A stretch of 64,000 bases of DNA from Oikopleura dioica (Eukaryota; Animalia; Chordata): NCBI GenBank assembly GCA_907165135.1, contig OU015568.1, forward strand, positions 11,532,001-11,596,000, read 5' to 3'. The position numbers and the translations under genes were made by a program. The stretch's first letter is position 1. Each line of letters begins with the position of its first letter. Of this stretch, positions 40,036-53,160 are shown piece by piece. The notes below the pieces were generated by a model. It did not search any database and was not told the origin of the DNA. It worked only from the letters and a program-made list of their open reading frames with translations.

Positions 40036-41047
40036 CGAGTAGGCTTCACTTGGACAAGAGCTTCACTTGGACAGAGCTTCATTTGGACAGAAGCTTCACT
40101 TGGACAAGATTTTTAAAAGGTCCTCTTTACGAATTTTACGTACGATTCTTAGGAAGAAAGTAACGCTTTTTATAAAATTTGCAAGTTTCTTCCATAAACA
40201 TCTGATAAAATAAATTTATTGGTGATAAAATGGTATTTTTCACTTTTTAGATAAAGAAAAACATCTTATAGGGTTAATTATTAATGAAATTTCGCCATAA
40301 TAATTTATTATTAGTTGCGTTATTCATATATAGTCGTTTTTGAAATTCGTAAAAATCTTGTCCAAGTGAAGCTTCTGTCCAAATGAAGCTCTGTCCAAGT
40401 GAAGCTCGGATACACGACGTTTAGCACAAAGCGACGTTTGGAACAAACGACGTTTGGAACAAAGCGACGTCTGGAACACTGTTCTAAACGTCGTTTTATT
40501 CCAGGCGTCGTTTTATTCTAAATGTCGCTTTTCAGTCTGAAACGCGTGGGCGCCCAGAACGAATTAGATTGAAATGAGAACAAGTTATTTGCCTGAGTTT
40601 TCCTCAAAATATTAATTTGATAAACAGTATAAATTCGATATAATATCAATAATGATTATCTTATGATATATTTTACCGAATAAATATATTATTTAACATA
40701 TATGTATGTGATTTAAATATGTAACTTATTCAAAAACCCGAAAAAATCTGATAAGAATAACCTCAAATGAGTTTGAATGATATTAACATGACTCAGAAGA
40801 GTAAAAACCTCGTCGGTTTGTGTAAAACGTCGGTTTTCAAACTGATTCTAGTCCAAATCAAATTTTTGAGAGCGCCTACGCAATTCTTAGCGAAAAGCGA
40901 CGTTTAGAATAAAACGACGCCTGGAATAAAACGACGTTCAGAATATTGTTCTAATCGTCGCTTTGTGCTAAACGTACTTGTTCCAAACGTCGGTTTGTGC
41001 TAAACGTCGTGTATCCGTGAAGCTCTTGTCCAAGTGAAGCCTACCCG
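40036..41047. mobile_element. Foldback/MITE with ~78-bp TIRs built from AGCTTCA(C/T)TTGGACA repeats; its right TIR is interrupted by a younger element
   Basis: Removing 40408-41016 plus one 9-bp duplication restores a right arm that is the reverse complement of 40036-40113 with one mismatch. Flanking direct repeat CCTAATT (40029-40035, 41048-41054). Confidence 0.85.
40408..41016. mobile_element. 609-bp Mutator-like non-autonomous element
   Basis: ~125-bp imperfect TIRs starting GGATACACGACGTTTAGCACAAA. Exact 9-bp TSD GTGAAGCTC (40399-40407, 41017-41025). Confidence 0.9.
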
Positions 41048-41215
41048 CCTAATTCAGCGGCTAATTCAGCCTGGCCAATCAGAGGACAGTATTCACCCGC
41101 AGTGCGCCGTGCACTTGATTCTGCCTTCTCGCCAAAAAGTCCTCCACTTTTCTCTCTCCCTTGGAGACAACACTGAGGATGTTCATGAAAAACAAGCCTT
41201 TTTCAAGGCTAGAAA

Positions 41216-41735
41216 CCCCTACACGGGAGGTGTACAATTTTTGTCGATTTCGGGATATAATCGCCAGTCAAATGAAACTGGTGAATCGGAATGACCTGAA
41301 AACTCAAAGAAGTATATCATATACTGTATATGCACACGCCTTACTCACCTATCCGCAAAATTTCAGCCTAATAAGCCACGCGAGCACTGTGCGAGTACCG
41401 TTTCTCTCACCTCAAATCGAGGAAAGAAAAAATTGACTCTATCCTTTGGAGATCTCTGAGCTTTTTTAAGTTTATCTATATGTTTTCAAGTACGTAAAAT
41501 TCGAATATCATACTTTGAGAGTCATATAAATCATATTATACGATGAAAATTTTTCAAAATAATTATTTTCAAATTCATGAAAATAGCAAATTCTAGCGGT
41601 ATATCTTTAGTCATCGAAAACTCTAAAAGTGCAGTTTAAAAGAAAATGTATGTTGATGTCTAATCTGAAATTTTCAGAAGATTATCTCAAGAGAAAGGCC
41701 AAATCGACAACAATTGTACAGCTCCCGTATAGGGG
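41216..41735. mobile_element. piggyBac-like MITE, degenerate on the left
   Basis: ~35-bp IR CCCCTA(C/T)ACGGGAG(G/C)TGTACAATT..TGTCGATTT. Right flank is TTAA (41736-41739); left flank is GAAA rather than TTAA. Confidence 0.5.
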
Positions 41736-42945
41736 TTAATGAAATATAATTAACCTTTTTAAAGGCTGAAAATGTTATGTCAGCCGACGTAATTGTCGAT
41801 CATCCAATGGATTTTCAGATTTTTTTTACATCTACTTCCTTCCGATTCAATCCTTTTCTCTTCACTCATACTTTTTGAGTCGACAAGGAAAGGATGATAT
41901 TATATAAAATTATTAAAAAGACTACAAATCGTCATTAACTTACAGAGAACATCCAATAGTCTATTGGCAATAGAATGAATTAAGAGACTCATGAATTGCA
42001 GAGATAGGGAGACAATCAAATTAATAAAATTTGATTGATCATATAACTTTATTTATTGACTTCTCCACAGTTAATTCAGGCTTCACCAACTTCAAATTCG
42101 GCTTCAACAACTTCGATCGTAGCTTGTCAGACGTCAATCCTTGTTGCTCAAACGTTAATCCTGACATCTTCGCCGTCAATCCCGGATTCTTTACGCTGAG
42201 CGGCTTTTTTAAAGGTGCAAAAACCTAAGTCAGCGTCTAGCGAGCTTGAATAAAAAGCCGCTAAGCCGCTTTTTTAAAGTGTAAAAACCTGAGTCAGGGT
42301 CTAAAGGGAGTACTTCGATTTTGACCCTCGCGAAAGGCCAAGAATTCGGTCTCAATAACTAAGTTCATGAAATCACCGACATTCGACTTTTTTACTTAAT
42401 TAAATCAGCTTAATTCCGACAAGGACGAGCATCAGACCACTTTTGGAGAAATATGGCGTTTCATGAAAGAGAGTAGCATTTTGAATGTTGATTGCAGCTC
42501 GATTACAGCTTTAAAATACAGATTTATGAAAAAAATCTCTATTTATATTGATTTTTAGCGATTATTTAGTATTCTCCGTCCATAATTATTGAAACTATTT
42601 AATTTAATCAAAAATATAAAATTTGAAAGATTTTTCTTCCAGGCAGAAAAAATCTTCCTCACGGACTCAGCGCGCTCTCACTACCACAATCTCACCACAC
42701 CGCACCACACTCAGTGCGCGGGCTTTACTCGCTTTTGAGAATCTCTTCTCACAGCTCAACTATATTAGGGAGAGGGCGCGTGGGCGCTTCAAAACTCACA
42801 ATCGAGGAAAAATATTGAAAATCGATCGACTGCGACTCTTCTTCACTCGAGGAAAAGAAAAAGGAGAAAACAGAGTCGCCGAGAAACCGATTTTTTTCAC
42901 CGTCAAACGCAGAGAAAATCAAGAAACGGTGAAAGCAGCGTGAAA

Positions 42946-45900
42946 ATGATGGATTTAAAACCACTAGATTTGTCGGAAATCGCGACGGTTGAAGAACTAC
43001 AGCGACGTAGAGAAGATATTACCAATAAGGTAATGTTGTAAAGACTGCGCTCGGCAACCTGTGTAGAATATCTGAGTCAGGGATCAGTTTTGATATAAAA
43101 ATAAGAATGAGGGGCGAAGCGGCTTATCTCAAAATGACATTTTGATTTATCTTTTAAACTGATTCAGGATCCCGACTCAGGCTTTTGTACAGGTTCGAGA
43201 ACCAAACAGAAACGTATTGAAACTTTCAAACGGGAGTATTAAAAATACTTCTTTCTTTGCGTACCCCGTCATTACTTCCCAGATCCCGCTGATTCTTATT
43301 TCTGAGTCGCTTTGTTTCAAAGTCAAATTGGGTCTATCAACATTTGCTTTAGTATGACGGTTTTATGGACGCTCTCAAAAAACGCCGCTCGCACTTGCAA
43401 CAAGCTCTCAAATTCGGATACTGGCAAAAAGACGCCGCTGAATTGAAAAAGCTGCTCGAGGATCATCTCGCATTGGCAAGGGCCGAGCATGTTGGCCAAA
43501 CAGCGGCTGGTTTCGCTGCGCTGGGCGACTTGGAAACGGACAAAAAAGCGAATAAGGCCGGTCTTGATCGACTCATTGAATCTGGCAAGGGAATGATCGA
43601 AGAAGATCATTTTGCGAAAAGCGAAATTCAACGAACGATTGATGGCCTTCTCGATCTCATGACTCGACTTGAACAGGCGCTTGTCGAGAAGCGAATGAAG
43701 TTAGAATTGCAGCAGCGTATCGATGAGTTCCGAAGTCAACTTAGAAATATGTCGGTTTGGATTGCAGAAAAGCTACCCGCCGCGGAGAGCGATAACTATG
43801 GCTCGACGCTGGAGGAAGTCGTTGCGCTGCAGGCCTCGCTCGTCCGGCTCGATAATGAAGTTAATGGTAAGTTTCTCAAAGGTCAACTCACTGCGTGAGG
43901 CAGAAAGAGTTAATTACCCCCACTTATCTTTTTAATTGTCACATTCCTTATTCTTAATTGTAATTTTAGCCTCCGAATCAATTCTTACCAAACTGCACGA
44001 AGAATCCAAGGAGCTGGAAATCGAAGCCGAGTTTCAAGAAATCCGAAGCGAGTGGAGCACTCTCCGCGAAAAACTTTCTGAACGACGCGAGAAACTGCTT
44101 AAATCTCTCGCAAAGCATAAGTTTTTGGAAGAATGCGAGCATCTGACAAAGTTCATCGTCATTCGACGGGATCAAGTCGACTCCGTGGAGATTTCTACGT
44201 CTATTACAGAGTGCGAGCAGTTTTTGCGGAATAACAATCGAGCTTCCCAGGAAGTTAAGGCGAATCAAATCAGAATTGATGCTCTCCAATCGCAGCTAGA
44301 ATCGATCGACTCTGACGAGTGCAAAGAATCATTCGATGCCGTTGAGAAAAAATGGCAGGATCTTCTTGAATCCCTCGAGCGACAAGCCAAAATGCTCCGA
44401 AAAGAGCTTCGAAATCTCAAGTTCGAGGATCAAGTCCGAAGCTACTCGAAATGGGCAACCGAGACGATCGAATCTGTCAAATCTGTCAATCACCCTAAGG
44501 ACGAAAATGAGCTCGACAGCATCTTGGAAATTTTTGAATCGCAAAAGGAAGATGCTGAGTCGCGACGAGCGCTGTACGAGTTTTTGATTGCCGAAGCAGC
44601 AGAAATTGGCGATGAGTCGAAAGAGCAAGAGCTAAAAGAACTCAACGCTGAATTAGTTGGCGTTATTGCGGAGAAAAAGGAGCTCTATTCTGATGCAAGG
44701 GATTACTTCAAATTCACAAATGACGGCGAGGGCGAACTCGTGTGGATCAATAAAGCTAAAGAGCAATGGCAAACTCTTTCTTCCCAGAAACTTGACTCGA
44801 TTGCCGAAGCGGAAAAGGCACTAGCTGAGCAAAAACGTAATAAAACATCTCTTTATTCAATTGATTATCAATAGTTTAGTCCTCACTTCTGAACTGGAGG
44901 CTCGTGAGCCACGAGTAAAGCAGCTTTTGGCTTTGAAAATAAAATTCGAAGAAGAAAAGGCTGATAATCTAAAGGAGCAGGTTTATATCGGCACATATCG
45001 TTTGTATCAAGATTTTTCACAGACCTATTTTTATCAAAGTTTCCCTTCCTGGTAAAAATCCCTTGGCCTTTTTTGATAGACAGCACTGACTTCTTTGAAC
45101 CTTTTGTTATTCGAATAATACGATCACGTGATTATTTATTAAAAAGGTCAAATTCTAGTTCTGAGATTTCCAAAATTTCTCTAAAAAATGCCCGAAGTTC
45201 GATTTTTTGGGAATGAGACCCTAACCAAGTTCGTGATGACTAGGTTCGTGGGACTAGGTTCGTGATGAGTTCTGCCAGAGAATTGAAATCGGGCTATATT
45301 TTAGGGCAGTAAGGGAAATGGGTTGATGACTAGGTTCGTGGAACTAGGTTCGTGAGTTTTTATAAAGTAAAGATTTAACAAGGAAAGGGTTCGTGGGACG
45401 AGGTTCTCTGAGTTTTTGAACAAGCAAAATGTAGGATTTTATATCCCAAATGAGCCTAGTCTTCACGAACCTAGTCGCACGAACCTAGTCATCAACCCAT
45501 TTCCTTTACTGACCGAAAATGGTGAAGATACAAAAAACACATGTAAAAATCCAAATTTCACGAACCTAGTCTCACGAACCTAGTCTTCACGAACCAAGTC
45601 TTCACGAACCAAGTCTTCACGAACCTAGTCCCACGAACCTAGTCACACGAACCATTTTTTCCAACATGGCACCCACGAACCTAGTCCAACGAACCTAGTC
45701 CTCACGATCCTGGTCATCGGTCTCGATTTTTTTTTCGGAAATCTCCGGAATTGTGCGATTCGAAACTTTTTCGGATCACTCCGAAATCTCCGGAATTGTG
45801 CGTTCTGGAATTGTGCGTAAGGACTGTAAATCAAAACATAAAGTGAGCTTATTGGCTTATAAAATTATTTACTCGACCCCCCCTCTGAGCGTAATTTTAT

Positions 45901-48900
45901 AGATTTTTAGAATTTTTAATTATATAATATAATTAAGCCTGCTAACGACAGCGTGCTAGCAAAATTTATAATTAATAAATTAATAATAATAATAATTAAT
46001 AATAATTGACAATATTACAGTCGATAAAAATATGCTAAGAGGGGGGTCGAGTAAATAGTTTTATAAGTCAATGATAGATGAAAATGACTTTTGCGGAGCA
46101 AACTCGGGACCTCAATATTTTTTGTGCTCATCTTGTAGCGCAGGTTCTGAGGAGTCGAATGGTACGATTTTTATGGTCCAAAGCTTTGAAAAATATCCGA
46201 TTCTAGCGCTTCAAGAACCTGAAAATGACAAGTTTTGACGCCCTGTATCTCCAAAAATCTTCGGAAAAAGTATGGAGATATGGGTATCATTCGAAAGCCC
46301 AGCCAAAATTCTGGTTGCGCAGTTGGTGCGCAAGAGAAAACGACGAAAAAAAATTTTTACTAAAAAATGCACGCTTAAAAATATATTCTTTTGCTTCGAA
46401 TTTTCGGCTGCAAAACGAGTGCGCAACCACAGTTTGAGCTGGGCTTTCGAATGATACCATAATCTCCATAATTTTTTCGAAAATTTTCGGAGATAGAGGG
46501 CGTCAAAGGATTTTTTCTTTAGGGGAGCCTATGACGTCATTTATGATGACTCAGACCCTCAAAACTATATGAATCGACTCCTCAGGAGTCGCTCTTTCAG
46601 ATGAGCACAAGAAACATGGGGGGTAGAATTTTGTTCCGAAAAACTCATTTTCATGTATCCAATAAGCTCACTTTATGTTTTGATTTATTTGACATTTCGA
46701 TTTTTCTTTCCTCGTAATAATCCCTTCCTGGTAAAATAACCTTCCTGGTTATACTTTTTTTTTACCAGGAAGGGATTTTTACCAGGAAAAGAATTTTACC
46801 AGGACGGGATTTTTACCAGGAAGGGACACCCTATTTTTATAAACACCTTGTCCTAATTGACAAGTGCACATTTAAATCAAGCTTTTGAATTCACAGATCC
46901 GCGTTTTACTTATATCCTGAAAATAAGGCTCAACTGACTACCGAATTGGAAGACCTGGCAACTATTCAAGGTCAGCAACAAGAAAAAATCGAACAATCGC
47001 TCAAGCTCCACAAGTTCAACGCTGATGCGGACGAGTTGGACGAGTTTATCGACCAGAAGTATGCGACTTTGGCTGAGTGCAATGCTGCTGATCTTCAATA
47101 TTTACCAGCTAAGGAGCAGAAACTAACTGCAGTGAGAAATGACATTGCTGCCAACCAAAAGCGGCTCAAAGATCTTCAAAGCGATACAGAAGAGTTACCC
47201 GCTTATGCTCAAGTCGAATCCAAGCTTGAGGAAGTCGTCGAACATTGGGACAAGCTGCAAGCTGAGGTCAACCGACTTCATCTTGTGCAACAAGAAGCAG
47301 AACAAGCGGCTGCATTTAAACGATCCTGTGATGAGATCGAGAGTTGGATCGATAATAACGAGCCCAAGATTATGTCTACTGAGACTGGGAAAGACATTGA
47401 GGTAATTTGATAAACTAAAAAGGCTCATTTCCTAATCTAGTGGCTGTTTATATCTATTTTTAGTCATCAAAAGAGCTTCTCGATACGCAAAAAGCCCTGG
47501 CTGATGATTTCGCCTCTCGAGACGATAAGATCAAGGCCCTGGAGGCACAGGTCCAACAGCTCAAAGATAAGGACAACTTCAAGGCAGAAGAGCTCGAACA
47601 TCTCATCGAAACAACTCGAAAGCGATACGACGAGCTCGCACCACATGTAGCCAAAGGAGATGAGCGACTGAAAAAAGCGCTACAGGACTTTGAATTGCTT
47701 AGAAACATCAACGAACAACGAGATATTGCCGCCGAGCAGAAAACGCTCCTCGGCTCTGATTTTAAACCAAAGGACATTATTTCCGCTGAAGCTGCCTTGA
47801 GCAAAACTCGCAACCAAAAATCCGACGTCGCTTCTGCTGATCAGAAAATCGAAGAACTATCCGTGGAGGCAGAAAAGTCTGAGAACGACGATATCAAAAG
47901 CGAAGCAGAAAAACTCAAAGCTGAACGAGAATCTCTCAAAAATGCGATTGATGCCAAGGATGAAGAGCTCAAAAACGCTCTTCAAGCGTTTACATACCTT
48001 TCTGATGCTGCAGAAGCTGACGACTGGATTAAAGAAAAAATGCTTGCTGCAAAAGCTGATCAAATCGGAGCGGATGAAGATGAGGCCGATGCAATGTTGA
48101 AAAAACACACGACTCTTTGTGATGATATCCGAGCCTTTGAAAAGAAAATCGGCGCTCTAAAAGAAGCTAAAGATGCTTGTCCTGCTCAACAGATCGACCT
48201 TGAGCCTGATCGCCAGGAAATGAAAGTAATCAAATCTTTCAAAGCTCAAATCCCACGAGAGCTTACAGTAGAAGAGGGAGACATCGTTAAGATCCTCTCG
48301 AATCCAGGCGGTGAATGGGTAAAAGTTTCAAAGGGCTCCTCAAGCGGCTACATTCCCAGCGAATGCCTTGTCTACATCGACGAAGATGGCAAATCAAAGG
48401 AGTTTATTGACCTGACCGAGCAGCAGGAAAATCTCGAGGCCAGCTTCCAAAAGCTCAATGAAAAGGCGGATGAACGAAAAGATGCACTTGAAAAACAGAA
48501 TAAGAAATTCGAACTCGACCGCGAAGCTGAGGATCTACGACTCTGGATTGCTGAACAGGAGCAAGCGCTTAAACAAGCTCAAGAAGATGGAGAGGATCCA
48601 GAAGCCCTCCGGCAGAAATTTGAGCAATTCCAAAAGAATCAGAAACAAGCCGAAAAGGCTCTCCACGGTCTCAAAGACAAAGCCGAAACTATTGGCATCA
48701 AGGAATCGCCCTCTCTCGACGCAATGAATGAAAAATGGAAAGATTTGGAAGCTCTTGCTGATGACACCGAAAGTCAAATTGGCGGTGCTAATCGACTCAA
48801 GCAGTTCTTGGGTGAAGCTGGTCAAATCGCGGCTTGGATTCAACGTAAAAATGTTCCAAGCGAAGTTCCAGATACTCTCGCAAGGACGAATGCAATGATT

Positions 48901-51900
48901 CGCCGCCACGATGCTCTTGAAGCTGATATGAATGCCATCCAAGATCGCGTTGATCTTCTGACCGACCAAGTCCCGAAGCTCACCGAAGAGCTGCCTGAAT
49001 CCCGTGACGAAATCGAGCGAACCATGGATTCCATTAAAATCGAATGGGAATCACTTAAATCTAAGCAAAGCGCGCACAGAGATGCTCTTACTGAGCGGCA
49101 AAAATTCTTGGACTTCATGAGCAAGGCAAAAGCACACGAAAACTGGCTTGGAAATATGAGTAATCAGCTTGAAAAACTCAAAATTTCCGATGATCTCGCG
49201 ATAATAGAAGCTCAAATTATGCAACATTCTGAGCACAAGAAAATTATCGGCGAAAAGAGCGAAGATTGTGAGAAAATCATCATTCGTGGCAGTGAAGTTA
49301 CCGACTCAAAAGAAAAGGTCGGAGAAAAATCGAACGAGCTTCGAGAGAAAACGAAAGAGCTTGATGATCTCTGGGAAAAAGTCCGAAAGGTTCTTGAAGA
49401 AGCCGCGAAGCTCGCTCGATTCCAGCGTGATTGCCAACGATTTGAAAACTGGATGGAAATTAGAGAAAATGCCCTTTCATCTGATGATGAGGATCAAAAT
49501 GTCGAGATTCTTGCAAAGAAAACTGATGATTTTCATCGCGGAATTAAGCAGCAAGAAGCGAAGATCAATAATATCATCGAGAATTGCGAAAAACTTACGG
49601 AAGAAGGGCACTCACAGGCTGAAAAGATTCAAAGCAACAAAGACAAGCTTCTTGATCGATGGGAAGGACTCAAAGCGAAGCTTACAGAGCGACATAAAGA
49701 AATTGCTGAAGTTGAAACGCTGCAAGAATTCTGGAAGAACGCTGACGAATTCTCTGAGTGGCTCGACGAGAAGATCATTATTGCTGAGCAGCCAATCAAT
49801 GATACGAATCTGAACGAAGGTCTGCAAAAGCACAACGCTTTCAAAGCTGAAATCGAGGCTAACATGGATAGACTTCAGTCAATCCTTACCACTGGTGAAG
49901 CCATTGCTGATAAGAACAAAGAACAAGCGGAAATCATCGAAAAGCGATCAGAAGAATTGAAAGTTAAGTCAGAAAAGCTTCACAAGCTATCTGATGACAA
50001 GTCAAAAGCATACAATGAAGCTGTCAAAATTCGCCAATTTATCGCTGCTTGCAATGCTCTTGAGTTTTGGATCGTTGAGACAAAGACCAGACTTGACACT
50101 GCCGAAGCAAAAGACCTCTCTTCCGCTTTGAGAAACATCAAGAAGATCTCTCAAATCCAAGTTGATATCGCAAACAAACGAGAGACGCGAGACTCTCTTC
50201 TTGATGAGTTCGAAAAGCTGCAAATCAACGAGAAAGCGACTGCTACGAAGAATAAGCTAATTGAAGACTTTGACTCCGTGCAGCTTCAAGTTGAAGCCAA
50301 GCGAGATGAACTCGACAACGCATTGAAACTCTTCAGATTTATCACGGACGCTGATGAAGAAGTTGATTGGTGCAAAGAGAAACTCGTCGTCGTCGAGCAC
50401 GAAGCTCCTTCAAGTGATCTTACCCAATCTCGCGCTACAAGTCTGAAGCATAAGCATTTGGAATACGAATACGAAACAAGATCAGCTAAGATTGACAAGA
50501 TCCTCGCCACGGGCGATGAGCTCGGTGATGACGCCGCTGACAAGGCTCAGGAATTGAAGGAAGCTCAAAGAACACTCGCAGAGGCTCTCAAAGTCAAGGG
50601 GAAAGAACTCGATGACGTTCTTAAAGATCTTCTTTTCCATTCAAATGTGAATGAGGAAATCTCCTGGGCGAATAACAAAGCTAGAATGTTGTCAACAATT
50701 GATCCAGAAACGCAAAACCTCGAGGGAATCCGAAATAAACTCGGTAAAGTTCAAAACCTCAAAATTGACGTTGAAGCTCACGAAGCGAACGCGAAAAAGC
50801 TCAGGGACGGAAAAGAAAATGATCCTCATCTTATGAAACTTACCATCGCTTTTGTCGAGCTGGTGACAACCTATACGGAGACTTTACAAAAACTGCAGGA
50901 TCGCGAGGCATTTTTGGCATTTACAAGAAAGTGTCAGTACTGCTCTGATTGGATAAGCGACCGTCAGCGACGACTTGCTGCTGAAAACATCAATGCGACT
51001 GACATGTCTCTTCTCAACGCTCTTTTGATCAAGCAAGATAACCTCGAAGACTCACTGAAATCTTTTGAATCCGAGGGAATCAACGCCACTGGTGTTCTTT
51101 TGTTAAACTCGAGGAGTCCAACCATCCAGATCTTGAGCACGCTGAGCTCAAATGGGAAGAGCTAAAGCTTGACTGGGAGGAGCTCAAGAGGCTTACCAGA
51201 AATAGAAGAGACACACTTGAACAGCAGAAATCGATGCTCAGAGCCTTTGATGAGCTGTGCATCGAATTTGCGAAGCGTGCTGGGGCCTTCAACTCTTGGT
51301 TCGAAAATGTCGAAGAAAATTTGACTGATCCAATCACATCAGGAAGCGTCCAGGTAAATAGAAAATTTTGAGTTTTGATTTTATCATTATCTTCATAGGA
51401 AGTCGAAAAACGATTCCTCGATCACGACAAGGATGTCCGCGAAGTCAAAAGCGAGGAAGCCTCACTTGTCAAGCTTCGACTTCTTGACGAAAAAATCCGA
51501 ACAGAGGCAAAGATCGAGGATAACCCATACACTTGGTATCAGATGGGCGAGCTTGAGAGCATTTGGGACATGACGGGAACGAGATTGACCGAGCGCATGA
51601 AAGATTTGGAAGATGAAAAAACCCGGCAAGTTCGATTCGACGAGATGCGAAAACAGTTCGCCGACTTCGCAAATAGATTCGCTGAGTTCATCAATTCCAT
51701 TCGCAATAAACTCCACAGTAACGCTCATGAAACTCTCGAGGAGCAGCTTCACAATGTTATTGATCAAGAAAACGCAATCAGAGCTGGCAAACGGGACCTA
51801 GACCTGATTGAAAAGCTCAACGCCACAATGGAGCAAGAACTGATCTTCGACAACGAGTACACTAAACACTCGGCTCTTGGACTCTCGCAAAGCTGGGACG

Positions 51901-52473
51901 GAGTCATTCAGATGTGCCAGCGGATGCAGCGCTCGCTCAAGCAGCAGATTGAAGCTCGATCAAAGACTGGAATCTCTGAAGAGCGAATTCAGGAATGGCG
52001 TGAGTGTTTCGAGCATTTCGACGTCGATAACACTGGTCTTCTCGACTTTATTGGAATGAAATCGCTCTTCCGCTCATTGGGTATTGATTTGGCGCTCAAG
52101 GATGGAGACCAAGAGTCTGATGATTTCCTTGAAATACTCGCGCAGATGAATCTCAGGTAAGATCCCAATAAATTACATATTTCTGATAACTTTGTTTAGC
52201 TGTGAATCTGCAGTTTCCAAGGACGAATTTATCTCATACATGATCACTCGTGAGACAACCCAGGTTCGCGGGAAAGAGGACATCTTCGTTGCTTTCAAGG
52301 CGATTGCTGATCCTGAGAAGCCTTACATCACCGAAAAGGAACTTCGATCTAACCTTACTTCCGAGCAAGCAAAGTACTGTCTTCGTATTATGCCGCTTTA
52401 CAAAGGCGCTGATGCTCCTATGAATGAAAACACACTCGACTACCACAAATTCGTCAACGAATACTTCAAATAA
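42946..52473 (+). CDS. SPTAN1: Alpha-spectrin, ~2320 aa, 8 exons, with one apparent 1-nt frameshift at ~51098-51101
   Basis: N-terminus MMDLKPLDLSEIATVEELQRRREDI, serial spectrin repeats with conserved W, SH3 insert (~48217-48378), FAKRAGAFNSWFENVEENLTDP, and C-terminal EF hands. Exons 42946-43029, 43353-43866, 43970-44836, 44880-44980, 46928-47401, 47464-51353, 51399-52156, 52200-52473, all GT-AG. Confidence 0.95.
45215..45724. mobile_element. Foldback element with ACTAGGTTCGTG / CACGAACCTAGT subterminal arrays
   Basis: GAGACC...GGTCTC termini. Left arrays read ACTAGGTTCGTG and right arrays the reverse complement. No clean TSD found. Confidence 0.65.
45829..46685. mobile_element. 857-bp TA-flanked TIR element containing two internal foldbacks
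   Basis: Perfect 27-bp TIR AATCAAAACATAAAGTGAGCTTATTGG (45829-45855 / 46659-46685) with TA on both sides. Internal IRs at ~45857-45903/46021-46068 and ~46234-46322/46420-46507. Confidence 0.75.
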
Positions 52474-52502
52474 ATTTTCTTCTATCTCTTGTGTTGACGT
52501 TG

Positions 52503-52866
52503 AAGAATTTTCAATGTTTCTGTTGATTGCGAGCTTTCGAAGAGAATGCTCTTTTTCATCCGGCTAGTACAGTAGGTTAGAGAAGCTACAGTAACATAGG
52601 ACTCATCTAATTCAATTTACGAAAACTCTCTATCTAAGGTGAATTCGATCTAAGGCTCCAGATACGCAATTTATCTCTGTTCTAGACTTCCACTTTCTCT
52701 TCTTTTCTAAACTTTCTCTTTTCTTACCAAATTTCCACACTTACCGATCACTCGCGATTTTCGCCAGTCACGGTGAGTCCTATGATACTGTAGCTTCTCT
52801 GACCTTTTGAACTAGCCTCATTCCCTTCGAAAGCTCGCAATAAACAAAATTATTGAAAATTATTTC
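52503..52866. repeat. ~100-bp imperfect inverted repeat (foldback) just after the spectrin stop
   Basis: 52503-52605 pairs with 52774-52866 (shared ATTGCGAGCTTTCGAAG and AGAGAAGCTACAGTA.CATAGGACTCA). Confidence 0.75.
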
Positions 52867-53160
52867 TGTTCGAAAATTCCATTTTCTCTTCAAATTTGCA
52901 CGTTCTTATGACAAATTGTATCATCTAACCCCCTTTCTCTTCTTTATTCAATTTCCTATCAAGACTTCCTTCATATCTTGATTTTAGTGCACTAATTTTA
53001 ATAAATCATTTATTAAAAATGTAAAATTCAGGCACTCACTTGTCGGTTCTTTCCTTGAATAGATTATTTGGCGACATTATTGAGACTTTTTATTGATATT
53101 TGGTCAGACCTTTGAATTTCAGATTCAAATAAGGGCAATCGAATTCGGACTGTAATAGCG

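Larger units (their letters stand above)
45035..46831. mobile_element. Outer Mutator-like shell of the composite insertion in spectrin intron 4
   Basis: CCCTTCCTGGTAAAAATCCC at ~45043 and its reverse complement arrayed at ~46720-46831. 9-bp TATTTTTAT on both flanks (45026-45034, 46832-46840). The left terminus is diverged. Confidence 0.5.

Noticed and set aside
42031-42228. Semi-repetitive GGATTGACG / TTGAAG segment with open frames on both strands
   Set aside because: Short, with no start/stop or splice context; probably a repeat fragment that I could not classify.
45215-45724. Regularly spaced short repeats (ACTAGGTTCGTG arrays; also 40041-40110 and 56793-56933) resembling CRISPR arrays
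   Set aside because: No unique spacers of constant length, the repeats invert around a centre as in TIR elements, there are no cas genes, and the context is eukaryotic.
51094-51113. A 20-nt GT-AG intron that would restore the spectrin frame
   Set aside because: It is far below the ~40-nt minimum seen elsewhere here and would delete residues that align with vertebrate spectrin; a 1-nt indel is more parsimonious.
43323-52446. Alternative-frame and minus-strand ORFs overlapping spectrin
   Set aside because: They are shadows of a long coding region and show no independent motifs.
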